Below are positions 19,055 to 28,250 of a DNA stretch of 64,000 bases, piece by piece. Below the pieces are notes generated by a model, which did not search any database, was not told where the DNA came from, and saw only the letters and a list, made by a program, of their open reading frames with translations. The position numbers were made by a program, and so were the translations under genes. Source of the DNA: an uncultured Clostridia bacterium (GTDB lineage Bacteria; Bacillota; Clostridia; Christensenellales; Borkfalkiaceae); the NCBI GenBank assembly GCA_947629665.1, contig CANREJ010000001.1, forward strand, positions 31,235-95,234, given 5' to 3'. The first letter of the stretch is position 1. Each line of letters starts with the position of its first letter.

Positions 19055-21010
19055 ATGGAAATTTTACTCAAAAACGGTGACAAAATTGTGATTGAAGACG
19101 GCGCCGGTTGCGCCGTCGCCGCGGCAAAAATCAGCGAAGGCCTTGCAAGAAATGCAGTGGCGGCAAAAATCAACGGTAAACTTTGCGACCTGTCAACGGC
19201 GCTTAAAGACGGCGATACGCTTGAAATCGTAACCTTAAAGGATAAGGAGGGGCTTGAAGTTTACCGCCATACCTGCGCGCACGTGCTTGCGCAAGCGGTA
19301 AAAAATATATATCCAACAAGCAATCTTGCAATAGGCCCGGTTATCGAAAACGGATTTTATTACGACATTGACTTTAAAACTCCCATAACGCAGGAAGATT
19401 TTACCAAAATCGAAACCGAAATGGAAAAGATAATAAGGTCAAAAACTCCCATAGAACGCTTTGAACTTCCCCGCGACAAGGCGTTGGAGCTTATGAATAA
19501 ATACGGCGAAAAATATAAAGTCGAGTTGATAAACGATTTGCCTGAGGACGCCGTTATTTCATTCTATAAGCAGGGCACGTTTACCGATCTGTGCCGCGGA
19601 CCCCATCTTCCCAACACGGGAAAAATCAAGGCGTTTAAACTGACGTCGCTTACGGGCGCATATTGGCGTGGCAACGAAAAGAATAAAATGCTTACAAGAA
19701 TTTACGGTACGGCGTTTGAAAAGAAGGTCCAGCTTGACGAATATATTACCGCCATGGAAGAGGCCAAAAAGCGCGACCACAATAAAATAGGCCGCGACCT
19801 TGGAATATTTATGACGTCTGATGTAATCGGCCAGGGATTGCCCATTTTGATGCCCAAGGGCGCAAAAATGATACAAATTCTATCGCGTTTTGTCGAGGAT
19901 GAGGAGGAAAAGCGCGGGTTCCAAATAACAAAAACCCCGTTAATGGCAAAATCGGATCTCTATAAAATTTCCGGGCACTGGGACCACTACCGCGATAAAA
20001 TGTTTATCTTGGGCGAAATCGACGAGCAGGGTGAGAGCGTTGACGGCGAAGAAATTATGGCGCTCAGACCCATGACCTGCCCGTTCCAATATCAAATATT
20101 CAAAAACGGGTTAAAGAGTTACCGCGATTTACCTTGCCGTTATTCCGAAACGGCAACGGAATTTAGAAAGGAAGCATCGGGCGAAATGCACGGCCTTATA
20201 AGGGTAAGACAGTTCACACTTTCCGACGGGCACATAATTTGTACAAAAGAGCAGGTTGAGGACGAGTTTAAGCGTTGCCTTGATTTGAGTTATTATCTCT
20301 TGGACGCTCTCGGTATGCGCGACGACGTAACTTACCGTTTTTCAAAGCGCGGCGCTTCAAAATCGAATAAATATATAGATAACGATGAGGCTTGGATCAA
20401 CACCGAGGCCATGATGAAAAAGATCCTCGACGATCTTAAAATAAACTATGTGGAAGCCGACGACGAGGCGGCTTTCTACGGCCCCAAGCTCGACGTGCAA
20501 ATCAAAAATGTTCACGGCAAAGAGGACACACTTATAACAATACAGATAGACTTTGCCGCCGGACACAGCTTTGAAATGCAGTATGTTGACGTAGACGGCA
20601 CAAAACAGACGCCATACGTTATTCACCGCAGTTCCATAGGTTGCTATGAGAGGACGCTTGCCTTCTTAATTGAAAAGTATGCGGGCGCGTTCCCGCTGTG
20701 GATGTGTCCCACGCAAGTTAAAGTGTTGCCCATAACCGACAGGACCCTTGCTTATGCCGAACAGATTGCAGGGCAACTGCAAAATTCGGGCGTCCGCGTT
20801 GAAGTTGACAGGCGCAACGAAAAGATAGGCTATAAAATAAGAGAAGCCAAAATGGATAAAGTTCCGTATGTTTTGGTGGTGGGCGACAAAGAAGCGGAGG
20901 ACGGCACCGTAAATGTAAATAAACGCGGCGTTGAAGATAAGGAAACGGTTAAATTTGACGAATTTTTGGCAAAAATTATACTTGAAATAGCAAATAAGAC
21001 CATTTTCTAA
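19055..21010 (+). CDS. thrS: Threonine--tRNA ligase
   Basis: About 651 aa: TGS domain, editing domain (HTCAHVLAQAV), class II core, anticodon-binding domain. The ATG at 19055 follows GGAGGG, and the ORF-track start at 19043 overlaps the ribosome-binding site. Confidence 0.96.
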   Translation: MEILLKNGDKIVIEDGAGCAVAAAKISEGLARNAVAAKINGKLCDLSTALKDGDTLEIVTLKDKEGLEVYRHTCAHVLAQAVKNIYPTSNLAIGPVIENGFYYDIDFKTPITQEDFTKIETEMEKIIRSKTPIERFELPRDKALELMNKYGEKYKVELINDLPEDAVISFYKQGTFTDLCRGPHLPNTGKIKAFKLTSLTGAYWRGNEKNKMLTRIYGTAFEKKVQLDEYITAMEEAKKRDHNKIGRDLGIFMTSDVIGQGLPILMPKGAKMIQILSRFVEDEEEKRGFQITKTPLMAKSDLYKISGHWDHYRDKMFILGEIDEQGESVDGEEIMALRPMTCPFQYQIFKNGLKSYRDLPCRYSETATEFRKEASGEMHGLIRVRQFTLSDGHIICTKEQVEDEFKRCLDLSYYLLDALGMRDDVTYRFSKRGASKSNKYIDNDEAWINTEAMMKKILDDLKINYVEADDEAAFYGPKLDVQIKNVHGKEDTLITIQIDFAAGHSFEMQYVDVDGTKQTPYVIHRSSIGCYERTLAFLIEKYAGAFPLWMCPTQVKVLPITDRTLAYAEQIAGQLQNSGVRVEVDRRNEKIGYKIREAKMDKVPYVLVVGDKEAEDGTVNVNKRGVEDKETVKFDEFLAKIILEIANKTIF

Positions 21011-21020
21011 TTAAATTTGC

Positions 21021-21050
21021 TTGACAATTTAAGTAAATTTATCGTAATAT
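21021..21050 (+). promoter_or_regulatory. Sigma-A promoter of the infC-rpmI-rplT operon
   Basis: TTGACA, 18 nt, TAATAT. Confidence 0.5.
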
Positions 21051-21056
21051 ATATAA

Positions 21057-21169
21057 GCAAAGTAAAGGTAAACCCTTTCGCCGTACGGAATTTTTGTTCG
21101 GCAGATAGCGTAGTTGAGGCAGAAATTTGCCTTTGCGTAATCGGGTTGCTTTTGCAATCCGATTTTTTT
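21057..21169 (+). promoter_or_regulatory. Probable L20-leader type attenuator upstream of infC
   Basis: Structured leader of about 110 nt ending in an intrinsic terminator (aatcgggttgc-tttt-gcaatccgatt plus T6 at 21139-21169), directly upstream of infC-rpmI-rplT as in Bacillus. Confidence 0.5.
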
Positions 21170-21192
21170 GCGAAACTTTCAAAAAGAGGTAT

Positions 21193-21711
21193 ATGATTAT
21201 AAAAGATTTGTATTCCGTAAATGAGGCAATCCGCGACAAAGAAGTAAGAGTCATCGGTAGCGACGGTCAAATGATTGGTGTTATGAGCAGTGCGCAGGCG
21301 CAACAGCTTGCGGACGACGCAGATCTCGACCTTGTAAAAATTTCCCCCAACGCAGTGCCGCCCGTATGTAAAATTATGGATTATTCCAAGTTTAAATATG
21401 AGCAGGCCAAGCGCGACAAGGAAAACCGCAAAAACCAAACCATTGTGGAAATAAAAGAAATAAGATTGTCAATGACGATTGACGTCGGTGATATTGCGGT
21501 AAAAACCAAGCAGTGCCTCAAATTTTTGGAAGCCGGCAACAAAGTGAAGGTTTCTATAAGAATGAAAGGCCGCGAAAACGCCAGAGCCTATCAAGGCGTA
21601 AAGGTTATGCAGGATTTTTTTGAAGGGCTTGAAGGTAAAGCCGTTCAGGATAAAAAGCCTGTTACCGAGGGCAGAAACATTATAATGATGCTTTCTCCCG
21701 CAAAAAACTGA
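21193..21711 (+). CDS. infC: Translation initiation factor IF-3
   Basis: The N-terminus MIIKDLYSVNEAIRDKEVRVIG matches the IF-3 N-terminal domain. ATG at 21193 after AAGAGG. The 22 codons upstream in the ORF track lie in the leader/terminator. Confidence 0.92.
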   Translation: MIIKDLYSVNEAIRDKEVRVIGSDGQMIGVMSSAQAQQLADDADLDLVKISPNAVPPVCKIMDYSKFKYEQAKRDKENRKNQTIVEIKEIRLSMTIDVGDIAVKTKQCLKFLEAGNKVKVSIRMKGRENARAYQGVKVMQDFFEGLEGKAVQDKKPVTEGRNIIMMLSPAKN

Positions 21712-21743
21712 TTTGTAAAATATTCAATTTGGAGGATAAATAA

Positions 21744-21944
21744 ATGCCTAAGCAAAAGTCGCACAGCGGCAGCAAAAAGCGCTTTTGGCTCACTGCCACG
21801 GGTAAGGTAAAAAGACCTCACGGCGGTAAAAACCACAAGGCCGAAACAAAGAACAGAAAGAGAAAGAGAAATTTGCGTAAAAATACGCTTGTTTCCAGCG
21901 CAACGGAATCTAATGTAAAATCAATGATTCCCTATAAAGATTAA
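21744..21944 (+). CDS. rpmI: 50S ribosomal protein L35
   Basis: 66 aa, MPKQKSHSGSKKRF..., basic. GGAGGA ribosome-binding site. Confidence 0.95.
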   Translation: MPKQKSHSGSKKRFWLTATGKVKRPHGGKNHKAETKNRKRKRNLRKNTLVSSATESNVKSMIPYKD

Positions 21945-21959
21945 AGGAGGACTTTAATA

Positions 21960-22310
21960 ATGCGTATTAAGAGAACAGTAAACGCTTTAAAGAAGCGCAG
22001 AAAAATATTACATCTTGCCAAGGGTTATCGCGGCTATAAGTCAAAGAATTACAGGATTGCCCGCCAGGCGGTTATGAAGTCCTTGAACTATGCTTTTATA
22101 GGCAGAAGATTGAGAAAGCGCGATATGCGTAGCCTTTGGATCGCGCGTATCAATGCCGCGGCGAGAATCAACGGGCTATCATATTCCAAGTTTATGTACG
22201 GGCTCAAAACTGCGGGCATCAATTTGAACAGAAAAGTTCTTGCCGACCTTGCGGTAAACGATTCGCAGGCTTTTGCGGCGCTTGCAGACAAAGCTAAGCA
22301 GGCACTTTAA
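21960..22310 (+). CDS. rplT: 50S ribosomal protein L20
   Basis: 116 aa, [25 protein letters not shown]... Confidence 0.96.
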   Translation: MRIKRTVNALKKRRKILHLAKGYRGYKSKNYRIARQAVMKSLNYAFIGRRLRKRDMRSLWIARINAAARINGLSYSKFMYGLKTAGINLNRKVLADLAVNDSQAFAALADKAKQAL

Positions 22311-22317
22311 GTGTAAT

Positions 22318-22350
22318 TTAAGCCTTTTTAAAAGAAAGGCTTAATTTTTT
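22318..22350 (+). terminator. Intrinsic terminator after rplT
   Basis: ttaagccttt / aaaggcttaa stem followed by TTTTTT. Confidence 0.6.
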
Positions 22351-22353
22351 GTT

Positions 22354-23085
22354 ATGGTTATAACGTCAAAATCCAATCCGCAAATCAAAGAAATAGTTAA
22401 ACTGTACGATAAAAAGTACAGGCACGCAAACGGGCTGTATATAGTTGAAGGAGTAAAACCCGTAAACGAATGTATTTCGGCAGGTTGCGATATTTTCCAA
22501 ATTATCTGCACCGAAAAACTTGCTCCAAACTACGTGGCTTCGCTCGTCGTAAGTGAGGACGTATTCGGCGCCGTTTCTGCGGAAAAAACTCCGCAGGGGG
22601 TGCTGGCAGTTGTCAAAATCCCCCAAAACGGATTGTTGCCGCCCCAAAATAGCTGTATTCTTTTGGACAAGTTGCAGGATCCTGGGAATTTGGGGACTAT
22701 TATGCGAACGGCAAACGCGGCTGGTTACGACGAAATTTACATGATAAACTGCACCGACCCGTATTCCCCCAAGGCCGTACGTGCGAGTATGAGCGGAATC
22801 TTTTTTGAAAAGATTTACCAAGGCGAACAAGAAGAGATTTTAAAAGCCTTGGCGGGCGTGCCCATTATATGCGCGGATATGCAGGGCGAAAATATATTTA
22901 CGTTTGATCCGCCCCAAAAATTTTGCCTGTGTATAGGCAACGAGGGTGCGGGTATTAACGGATTTATAAAAAATTCAGCTGAATATAAAGTTAAAATACC
23001 CATGAGAGAAACTTGCGAAAGTTTAAACGCCGCAGTTTCGGCGGGTATTGCAATGTACGCTTTAAAAGAGCGTGGTATTAAGTGA
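22354..23085 (+). CDS. TrmH/SpoU family RNA 2'-O-methyltransferase
   Basis: 243 aa with SpoU motifs LDKLQDPGNLGTIMRTA, LCIGNEGAGI, ESLNAAVSAGIAMY. Confidence 0.85.
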   Translation: MVITSKSNPQIKEIVKLYDKKYRHANGLYIVEGVKPVNECISAGCDIFQIICTEKLAPNYVASLVVSEDVFGAVSAEKTPQGVLAVVKIPQNGLLPPQNSCILLDKLQDPGNLGTIMRTANAAGYDEIYMINCTDPYSPKAVRASMSGIFFEKIYQGEQEEILKALAGVPIICADMQGENIFTFDPPQKFCLCIGNEGAGINGFIKNSAEYKVKIPMRETCESLNAAVSAGIAMYALKERGIK

Positions 23086-23093
23086 GGTAAAAT

Positions 23094-23831
23094 ATGTCAG
23101 GACATTCAAAATGGCACAATATTCAAGCAAAAAAAGGTAAAACCGACGCCGCGCGCGGTGCGGCGTTTACCAAACTCGGCAGGGAAATTGCGGTTGCGGC
23201 TAAGGGCAATCCCAATCCGGAAACAAACTCCAAACTTGCCGACGTTATAGCAAAGGCAAAGGCCGCAAATATGCCGAACGATACAATTAAGCGTTCAATT
23301 GCCAAGGCGGCGGGCGAGCTTGCCGGCAAAGATTATAAGGAGCTTACTTACGAGGGCTATGGCGCAGGCGGCGCGGCGGTGATTATAAAGACCTTAACCG
23401 ACAACGTGAACAGAACGGCGGGCGACGTGCGTTCAGCAATGGCCAAATGCGGCGGCCAGATGGGCAATACGGGTTGCGTATCATATATGTTTGACAACAA
23501 GGGCGTGTTTGTGATAGAAAAAACGGTTGCGCTCGACGAAGATACAATGATGGAGTATTGCCTTGAAGCCGAAGCAGAGGACTACACGGTTGAAGAGGAC
23601 GTATATGAAGTATTTACAACCCCCGAAAATTGGTCTGCGGCGCGGCGTTATTTTGAAGGCAAGGGCGTTACTTTCCTTGAAGCCGAAATTAAAATGATTC
23701 CGCAAAACTATATAACCCTCGACGGCGAAAAACTTGAACAGTTTGAAAAAATGCTTGATAGGTTGAATGAACTCGACGATGTGCAGGACGTTTACCACAA
23801 CGTCGATTTGCCGGACGACGAAGAGGAATAA
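23094..23831 (+). CDS. YebC/PmpR family DNA-binding transcriptional regulator
   Basis: 245 aa, MSGHSKWHNIQAKKGKTDAARG... Confidence 0.92.
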   Translation: MSGHSKWHNIQAKKGKTDAARGAAFTKLGREIAVAAKGNPNPETNSKLADVIAKAKAANMPNDTIKRSIAKAAGELAGKDYKELTYEGYGAGGAAVIIKTLTDNVNRTAGDVRSAMAKCGGQMGNTGCVSYMFDNKGVFVIEKTVALDEDTMMEYCLEAEAEDYTVEEDVYEVFTTPENWSAARRYFEGKGVTFLEAEIKMIPQNYITLDGEKLEQFEKMLDRLNELDDVQDVYHNVDLPDDEEE

Positions 23832-23849
23832 CTACGGTAATTTGTTATA

Positions 23850-23885
23850 AAAACGGGGCGCAACAAAAGGTTGCGCCCCGTTTTT
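23850..23885 (+). terminator. Intrinsic terminator after the yebC-like gene
   Basis: aaaacggggcgcaac / gttgcgccccgtttt stem plus a T-run. Confidence 0.75.
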
Positions 23886-23944
23886 ATGAAACCGCTTGAA
23901 AAACATTGTTTGTAAAAGTATAATACTTTCAAAGGAGCAAATCT

Positions 23945-24490
23945 ATGTTTCAGGAAAAACTTGTTGAGGCGAGAAAGAACAAAAATCTTACGCAGGAACA
24001 ACTTGCCGAAAAACTTTATGTAACAAGACAAGCTATTTCACGCTGGGAACGCGGCACGGCCGAACCCGATTTGCAGACGCTCTCGCGGCTGTGCAACATT
24101 CTCGGTGTATCGGCCGAATATTTTATAAATACAAATTCGGCTACCGAAACGGTTTTGTTTAAAAATTTGCCGTGGAATGAACGCCATGAATATTTTTGGC
24201 AGTTTGCCGCAACGCAAAAGGCAAAACAAGTTTTTGTGTCGGTATGCGGTTTCTTGGCCATCATGAGTCTATGCGGCATAATATTCTTATCGGTCCAATT
24301 AATACTATCTAACTATAATTTAGTGCAATACAGAATTAACATGGCGTCAATTATAGGTTTGATTGCGGGATTATTTGCTTTCAATTTGCTGTTTGCCGGG
24401 CTATGTCTATATTTAAAAATCATTTTGTCTGCACAGTTCAATAGATGGCTTTATGAACGCCACATTTTAAGAACTTCAAAAATATTATAA
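23945..24490 (+). CDS. Membrane-anchored XRE-family HTH protein
   Basis: 181 aa. N-terminal Cro/C1 HTH (LTQEQLAEKLYVTRQAISRWERG) followed by about 3 hydrophobic segments. Confidence 0.7.
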   Translation: MFQEKLVEARKNKNLTQEQLAEKLYVTRQAISRWERGTAEPDLQTLSRLCNILGVSAEYFINTNSATETVLFKNLPWNERHEYFWQFAATQKAKQVFVSVCGFLAIMSLCGIIFLSVQLILSNYNLVQYRINMASIIGLIAGLFAFNLLFAGLCLYLKIILSAQFNRWLYERHILRTSKIL

Positions 24491-24662
24491 AATTACGTAT
24501 ATAAACAGATTGGTTGCGCAAGATATTTTTACAAGCGGCAACGCTTTAATATATATTGCTTGTTTGTTAAAGCGTTGTACGTTTTGGCAGATGAGCGGGG
24601 GAGTATTCGTGTTTTGGATACTCCCTATGTATTTTTACGGAAAATTACAAATAAAATAATGT

Positions 24663-25580
24663 ATGCGACATAAAAAAATTATTGCAAGGGCTATTTGGTT
24701 TGCCGTGTGCCTATCGGTATTGCTTGCCGCGCCGTTGCTTATTGCGGCAAATACTGGCGGCAATCAACCCAATAACGTAACAATGAACGTATTGACGGTA
24801 TGGCAAATAGACAGCTTTGAGGGCGGCAAAGGCTCGCGCGCAAGCTACTTGCAGAATTTGGGCGATAAGTTTTCACAAACCACCAATTGCTATGTAAAGG
24901 TCATTTCGGTTACTTCGGGATCGGCAAGGCAGAATTTAAATAGCGGCGTGATTCCGGATTTGGTTTCATACGGTGCGGGCATGTATGGGCTGGAAAGTTA
25001 CATAACGGATAAAACAGCCGCCCATGTTTGGGCGCACGGCGGATACTGTATTTTAACAATTGATGAAAGTGCGGATTTTAGCGATATTTCCGGGCAAAAT
25101 ACGGTCATTAACATTGGGTTGGAAAATTATTCACAGGCGGCGGCTTTAATGTGCGGCGTTGGAGAAGCAACAAAGGAAAAACCCACTGCGGCATACGTAA
25201 GTCTATTAAACGGCAAATATAAATATTTATTGGGAACGCAGAGGGATATTTTTAGGCTAAAAACAAGAAATGCGGCGTTTAAAGTTAAACCCCTTACGGA
25301 ATTTAACGATTTATACCAATTGATTTCCGTAACGTCGAAAACACAGATAAATGCGTATCTTGCCAATAAGTTTATAAATTTTGTGCAGTCAAACAGTGCC
25401 GAGCTTACAAAAATCGGTCTGATGGGTGATAGTAAGCTGTACCAAGATGAAATGTCGCAGATGGAAAATATAAGCTATGAATATACGCTCACAAGCCCAA
25501 TGGGAAAAGAGGCAAAAAGCGCCATAGACGCTGCAATAAAAAATTCAAATATGAAATTACTGAAAAATTTACTTAAATAA
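24663..25580 (+). CDS. Hypothetical exported/membrane-anchored protein, possibly with a solute-binding-protein-like fold
   Basis: 305 aa. N-terminal hydrophobic anchor (AIWFAVCLSVLLAAPLLIA). I recognise no catalytic motif. Confidence 0.5.
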   Translation: MRHKKIIARAIWFAVCLSVLLAAPLLIAANTGGNQPNNVTMNVLTVWQIDSFEGGKGSRASYLQNLGDKFSQTTNCYVKVISVTSGSARQNLNSGVIPDLVSYGAGMYGLESYITDKTAAHVWAHGGYCILTIDESADFSDISGQNTVINIGLENYSQAAALMCGVGEATKEKPTAAYVSLLNGKYKYLLGTQRDIFRLKTRNAAFKVKPLTEFNDLYQLISVTSKTQINAYLANKFINFVQSNSAELTKIGLMGDSKLYQDEMSQMENISYEYTLTSPMGKEAKSAIDAAIKNSNMKLLKNLLK

Positions 25581-25628
25581 TGTTGAAATAAGTATAAATG
25601 AATGGTAAAATATTAAGGTGCAATTCAT

Positions 25629-26519
25629 TTGGAAAATCAATCAAATTTAAATTCAATACCCGTCGAAAAAAATTTTGATTTTTCACGGCATACAACTTAC
25701 GGTGCAGGTGGAAAATGCAAGGTTGCATATTTTCCCAAAACGGAGGGACAGGCGGCAGAGCTTTTTAAGGAGTTGTCGGGGCAAAAAGAAAAATTTTTTG
25801 TTTTGGGAAGAGGCTCCAACATTTTAGCTTCGGACGCCTATTATAACGGGTCAGTAATTAGCACGCAGAATTTAAATGGAATCAAGACCGTAAAAGACGC
25901 AATAATTTGCCAAAGCGGGGTTACAGTTTCACAGCTTTTAAAATTTTGCCAAATTAACGGTCTGTCCGGGCTTGAATTTTTGGCGGGCATTCCCGCAAGT
26001 GTCGGCGGGCTGACGTTGATGAATGCCGGTGCAGGTGGAAAATATATTTCGGATGTTTTAATTGGTTGTACTGTTTTTGACGGTAAATTGCGTAATTTTT
26101 TAAATAAATCATGCGATTTTGGCTATAAATATAGTACTATGCGTGATATAAATTGCATAATTTTAAGTTCAGTGTTTAAAGTTGAGCGCACATCGGGGCA
26201 ATACGTTGAAAATAACATTTCGAAATATTTGAAAAACAGAAGTTTACAGCCAAAGGGCAAAAGCTGCGGTTGCGTTTTTAAAAATCCGGAAGGATACAGC
26301 GCGGGTAAACTTATTGAGGAATGTGGGCTTAAAGGTTACCGCCTGGGCGGTGCAGAGGTGAGCCGCGCACATGCCAATTTTATTATCAATAATAGGGCAA
26401 CTGCGCAGGATATTTATAATGTTATCCAATATGTTAAAAGCATTGTTTTTAATAAATTTGGGATAATGCTCAACGAGGAAGTTGTGTACATAGGAGAATT
26501 CAATGATACTGACTGCTGA
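25629..26519 (+). CDS. murB: UDP-N-acetylenolpyruvoylglucosamine reductase
   Basis: 296 aa. FAD-binding PCMH domain (GRGSNIL...GLEFLAGIPASVGG) and the C-terminal MurB domain (KSCGCVFKNP). Confidence 0.9.
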   Translation: MENQSNLNSIPVEKNFDFSRHTTYGAGGKCKVAYFPKTEGQAAELFKELSGQKEKFFVLGRGSNILASDAYYNGSVISTQNLNGIKTVKDAIICQSGVTVSQLLKFCQINGLSGLEFLAGIPASVGGLTLMNAGAGGKYISDVLIGCTVFDGKLRNFLNKSCDFGYKYSTMRDINCIILSSVFKVERTSGQYVENNISKYLKNRSLQPKGKSCGCVFKNPEGYSAGKLIEECGLKGYRLGGAEVSRAHANFIINNRATAQDIYNVIQYVKSIVFNKFGIMLNEEVVYIGEFNDTDC

Positions 26520-27279
26520 CTATCACACCCATACGCCTTACTCGCACGGCAAAAATACGGTTTTGGATAATGCCAGGGCGGCTAAAAAGCTCGGCTTAAA
26601 GCAAATTGCCATAACCGACCACGGTTTTAACCATCTTTTATTCGGTTTAAAGAGAAAAAAGCTCGGTGAATTGCGCGCCGAATGTATTGAGGCGGAAAAA
26701 CTTACGGGCGTAAGAATTTTAATGGGTATGGAGAGCAATTTAATATCTTTGGACGGCGACACTGATATGCGCGAGAGCGATTTGCCGTTTTTTGATATTT
26801 ATTTGTGCGGCATCCACGAAGTTTTAAAATATAAAAAACTTTCGGATATGTATAATATCATGATGACAAATTATGCCGCGTACAAATTCGGCAAAAAGCC
26901 CTCCAAAAAAGTTATTGACAATACCACAAAGGCATATATAAACGCAATCAAAAACAATCCTATCGATATTTTAACCCACATCAATTACAAGTGTTATTGC
27001 AATCTTGAAGAGGTTGCAAAGTGCTGTGCAGATTACGGCACCTACGTTGAAATCAACACAAAGAAGAGGCACGTATCGGCAGAAGAATTGAATTTAATGG
27101 CGTCTACGGGCGTGAAATTCGTGATTGACTCCGACGCCCATTCTTCGGACAGGGTCGGCGATTTAAAAATTGCCGAAGAAGTTTTAAAAGAAGCGGAAGT
27201 GCCCCTTGAAGCCATTGAAAATATAGACGGAAGATTGCCGCATTTTAGATTTGCGGAATTTAAATCCAAATTTTTATAA
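26503..27279 (+). CDS. PHP-domain phosphoesterase (histidinol-phosphatase-like family)
   Basis: 258 aa with DYHTHTPYSHG, ITDHG and DSDAHS metal-ligand strings. Confidence 0.8.
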   Translation: MILTADYHTHTPYSHGKNTVLDNARAAKKLGLKQIAITDHGFNHLLFGLKRKKLGELRAECIEAEKLTGVRILMGMESNLISLDGDTDMRESDLPFFDIYLCGIHEVLKYKKLSDMYNIMMTNYAAYKFGKKPSKKVIDNTTKAYINAIKNNPIDILTHINYKCYCNLEEVAKCCADYGTYVEINTKKRHVSAEELNLMASTGVKFVIDSDAHSSDRVGDLKIAEEVLKEAEVPLEAIENIDGRLPHFRFAEFKSKFL

Positions 27280-27280
27280 T

Positions 27281-28231
27281 ATGCAGAATTTTACCGAAGA
27301 GATTAAAAAGGAAATTATTTCCGCACCCGTCCATAGCGGACGAGGTGCTGTTTGCCTGTTGTCTGCATTTATAAGGACAAGCGGAAGCGTAATTTCGCGG
27401 GACGGCGTATACGGTTTTGAAATTATAACCGAAAGCGAACAGATTGCTGAATTTTTTATGAGTACCGCCGAAAATATTTTCGGGCTGCATTTAACCGTTT
27501 CCGGGGCAAAGTTCGACGCGCTCGGCGGCAGGGAAAAACTTGCGTTTGAATGTATAGGCGAAAGCGCCGAAAACTTTTTAAAAGAGGCGGGCATTGTCGG
27601 CGAGGACGGCGATGGAAGGTATTTGATTTTCGGTATAGACGAAAACCTCGTAAGCGACGAAATTTCAATGATTTCCTATATCAAAGGGGCGTTTCTCGGC
27701 GGCGGAAGCTGTACCCTGCCCGACGAAAACTCATACAGCAGAACGGGCTACCACTTTGAAATAGTATTTTCAAACAAGGCAACGGCAAGCGAATTTTGCG
27801 ATATTTTGGCTGAATTTGAAATACTAGCAAAACTTGTTACCCGCAAAGATTTGGCAGTGGTTTACGTCAAGAGCAAAGAAGTGATATCCGACCTGCTGAA
27901 TTTGATGTCGTGCCGTTCAAGTCTACAAAAATTAGGCAAAATAGTGGAAATTAAGGAGCGGCAAAATAATGCGAACAGAGTCAATAACTGTTCGGTTTCC
28001 AACATTGATAAAACAGTTACGGCTTCTGTCAAGCAAGTGCAGGCAATTGAAATAATAAACCAGACGATAGGCCTTAAAAGTTTAAGTAAACCCATTTTTG
28101 ACGTTGCCGTCTGCCGTTTGGCAGATAAGAATGCCTCCATGAAAGAGTTATCGGACAGGCTAAATATATCCAAGAGCTGTTTGAACCACAGAATGAGAAA
28201 AATAATAGAAATTGCACAGTCATTGAGCTGA
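27281..28231 (+). CDS. whiA: DNA-binding protein WhiA
   Basis: LAGLIDADG-like domains (FIRTSGS, YIKGAFLGGGS) and a C-terminal HTH. The ATG at 27281 gives the typical short N-terminus (MQNFTEEIKKEI). Confidence 0.9.
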   Translation: MQNFTEEIKKEIISAPVHSGRGAVCLLSAFIRTSGSVISRDGVYGFEIITESEQIAEFFMSTAENIFGLHLTVSGAKFDALGGREKLAFECIGESAENFLKEAGIVGEDGDGRYLIFGIDENLVSDEISMISYIKGAFLGGGSCTLPDENSYSRTGYHFEIVFSNKATASEFCDILAEFEILAKLVTRKDLAVVYVKSKEVISDLLNLMSCRSSLQKLGKIVEIKERQNNANRVNNCSVSNIDKTVTASVKQVQAIEIINQTIGLKSLSKPIFDVAVCRLADKNASMKELSDRLNISKSCLNHRMRKIIEIAQSLS

Positions 28232-28250
28232 AAACCAAGGATTTAATTTT

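Noticed and set aside
21127-21192. The N-terminal extension of infC in the ORF track (start at 21127).
   Set aside because: The extra 22 codons run through the attenuator terminator hairpin (21139-21169). The IF-3 homology begins at the ATG at 21193, which has its own ribosome-binding site.
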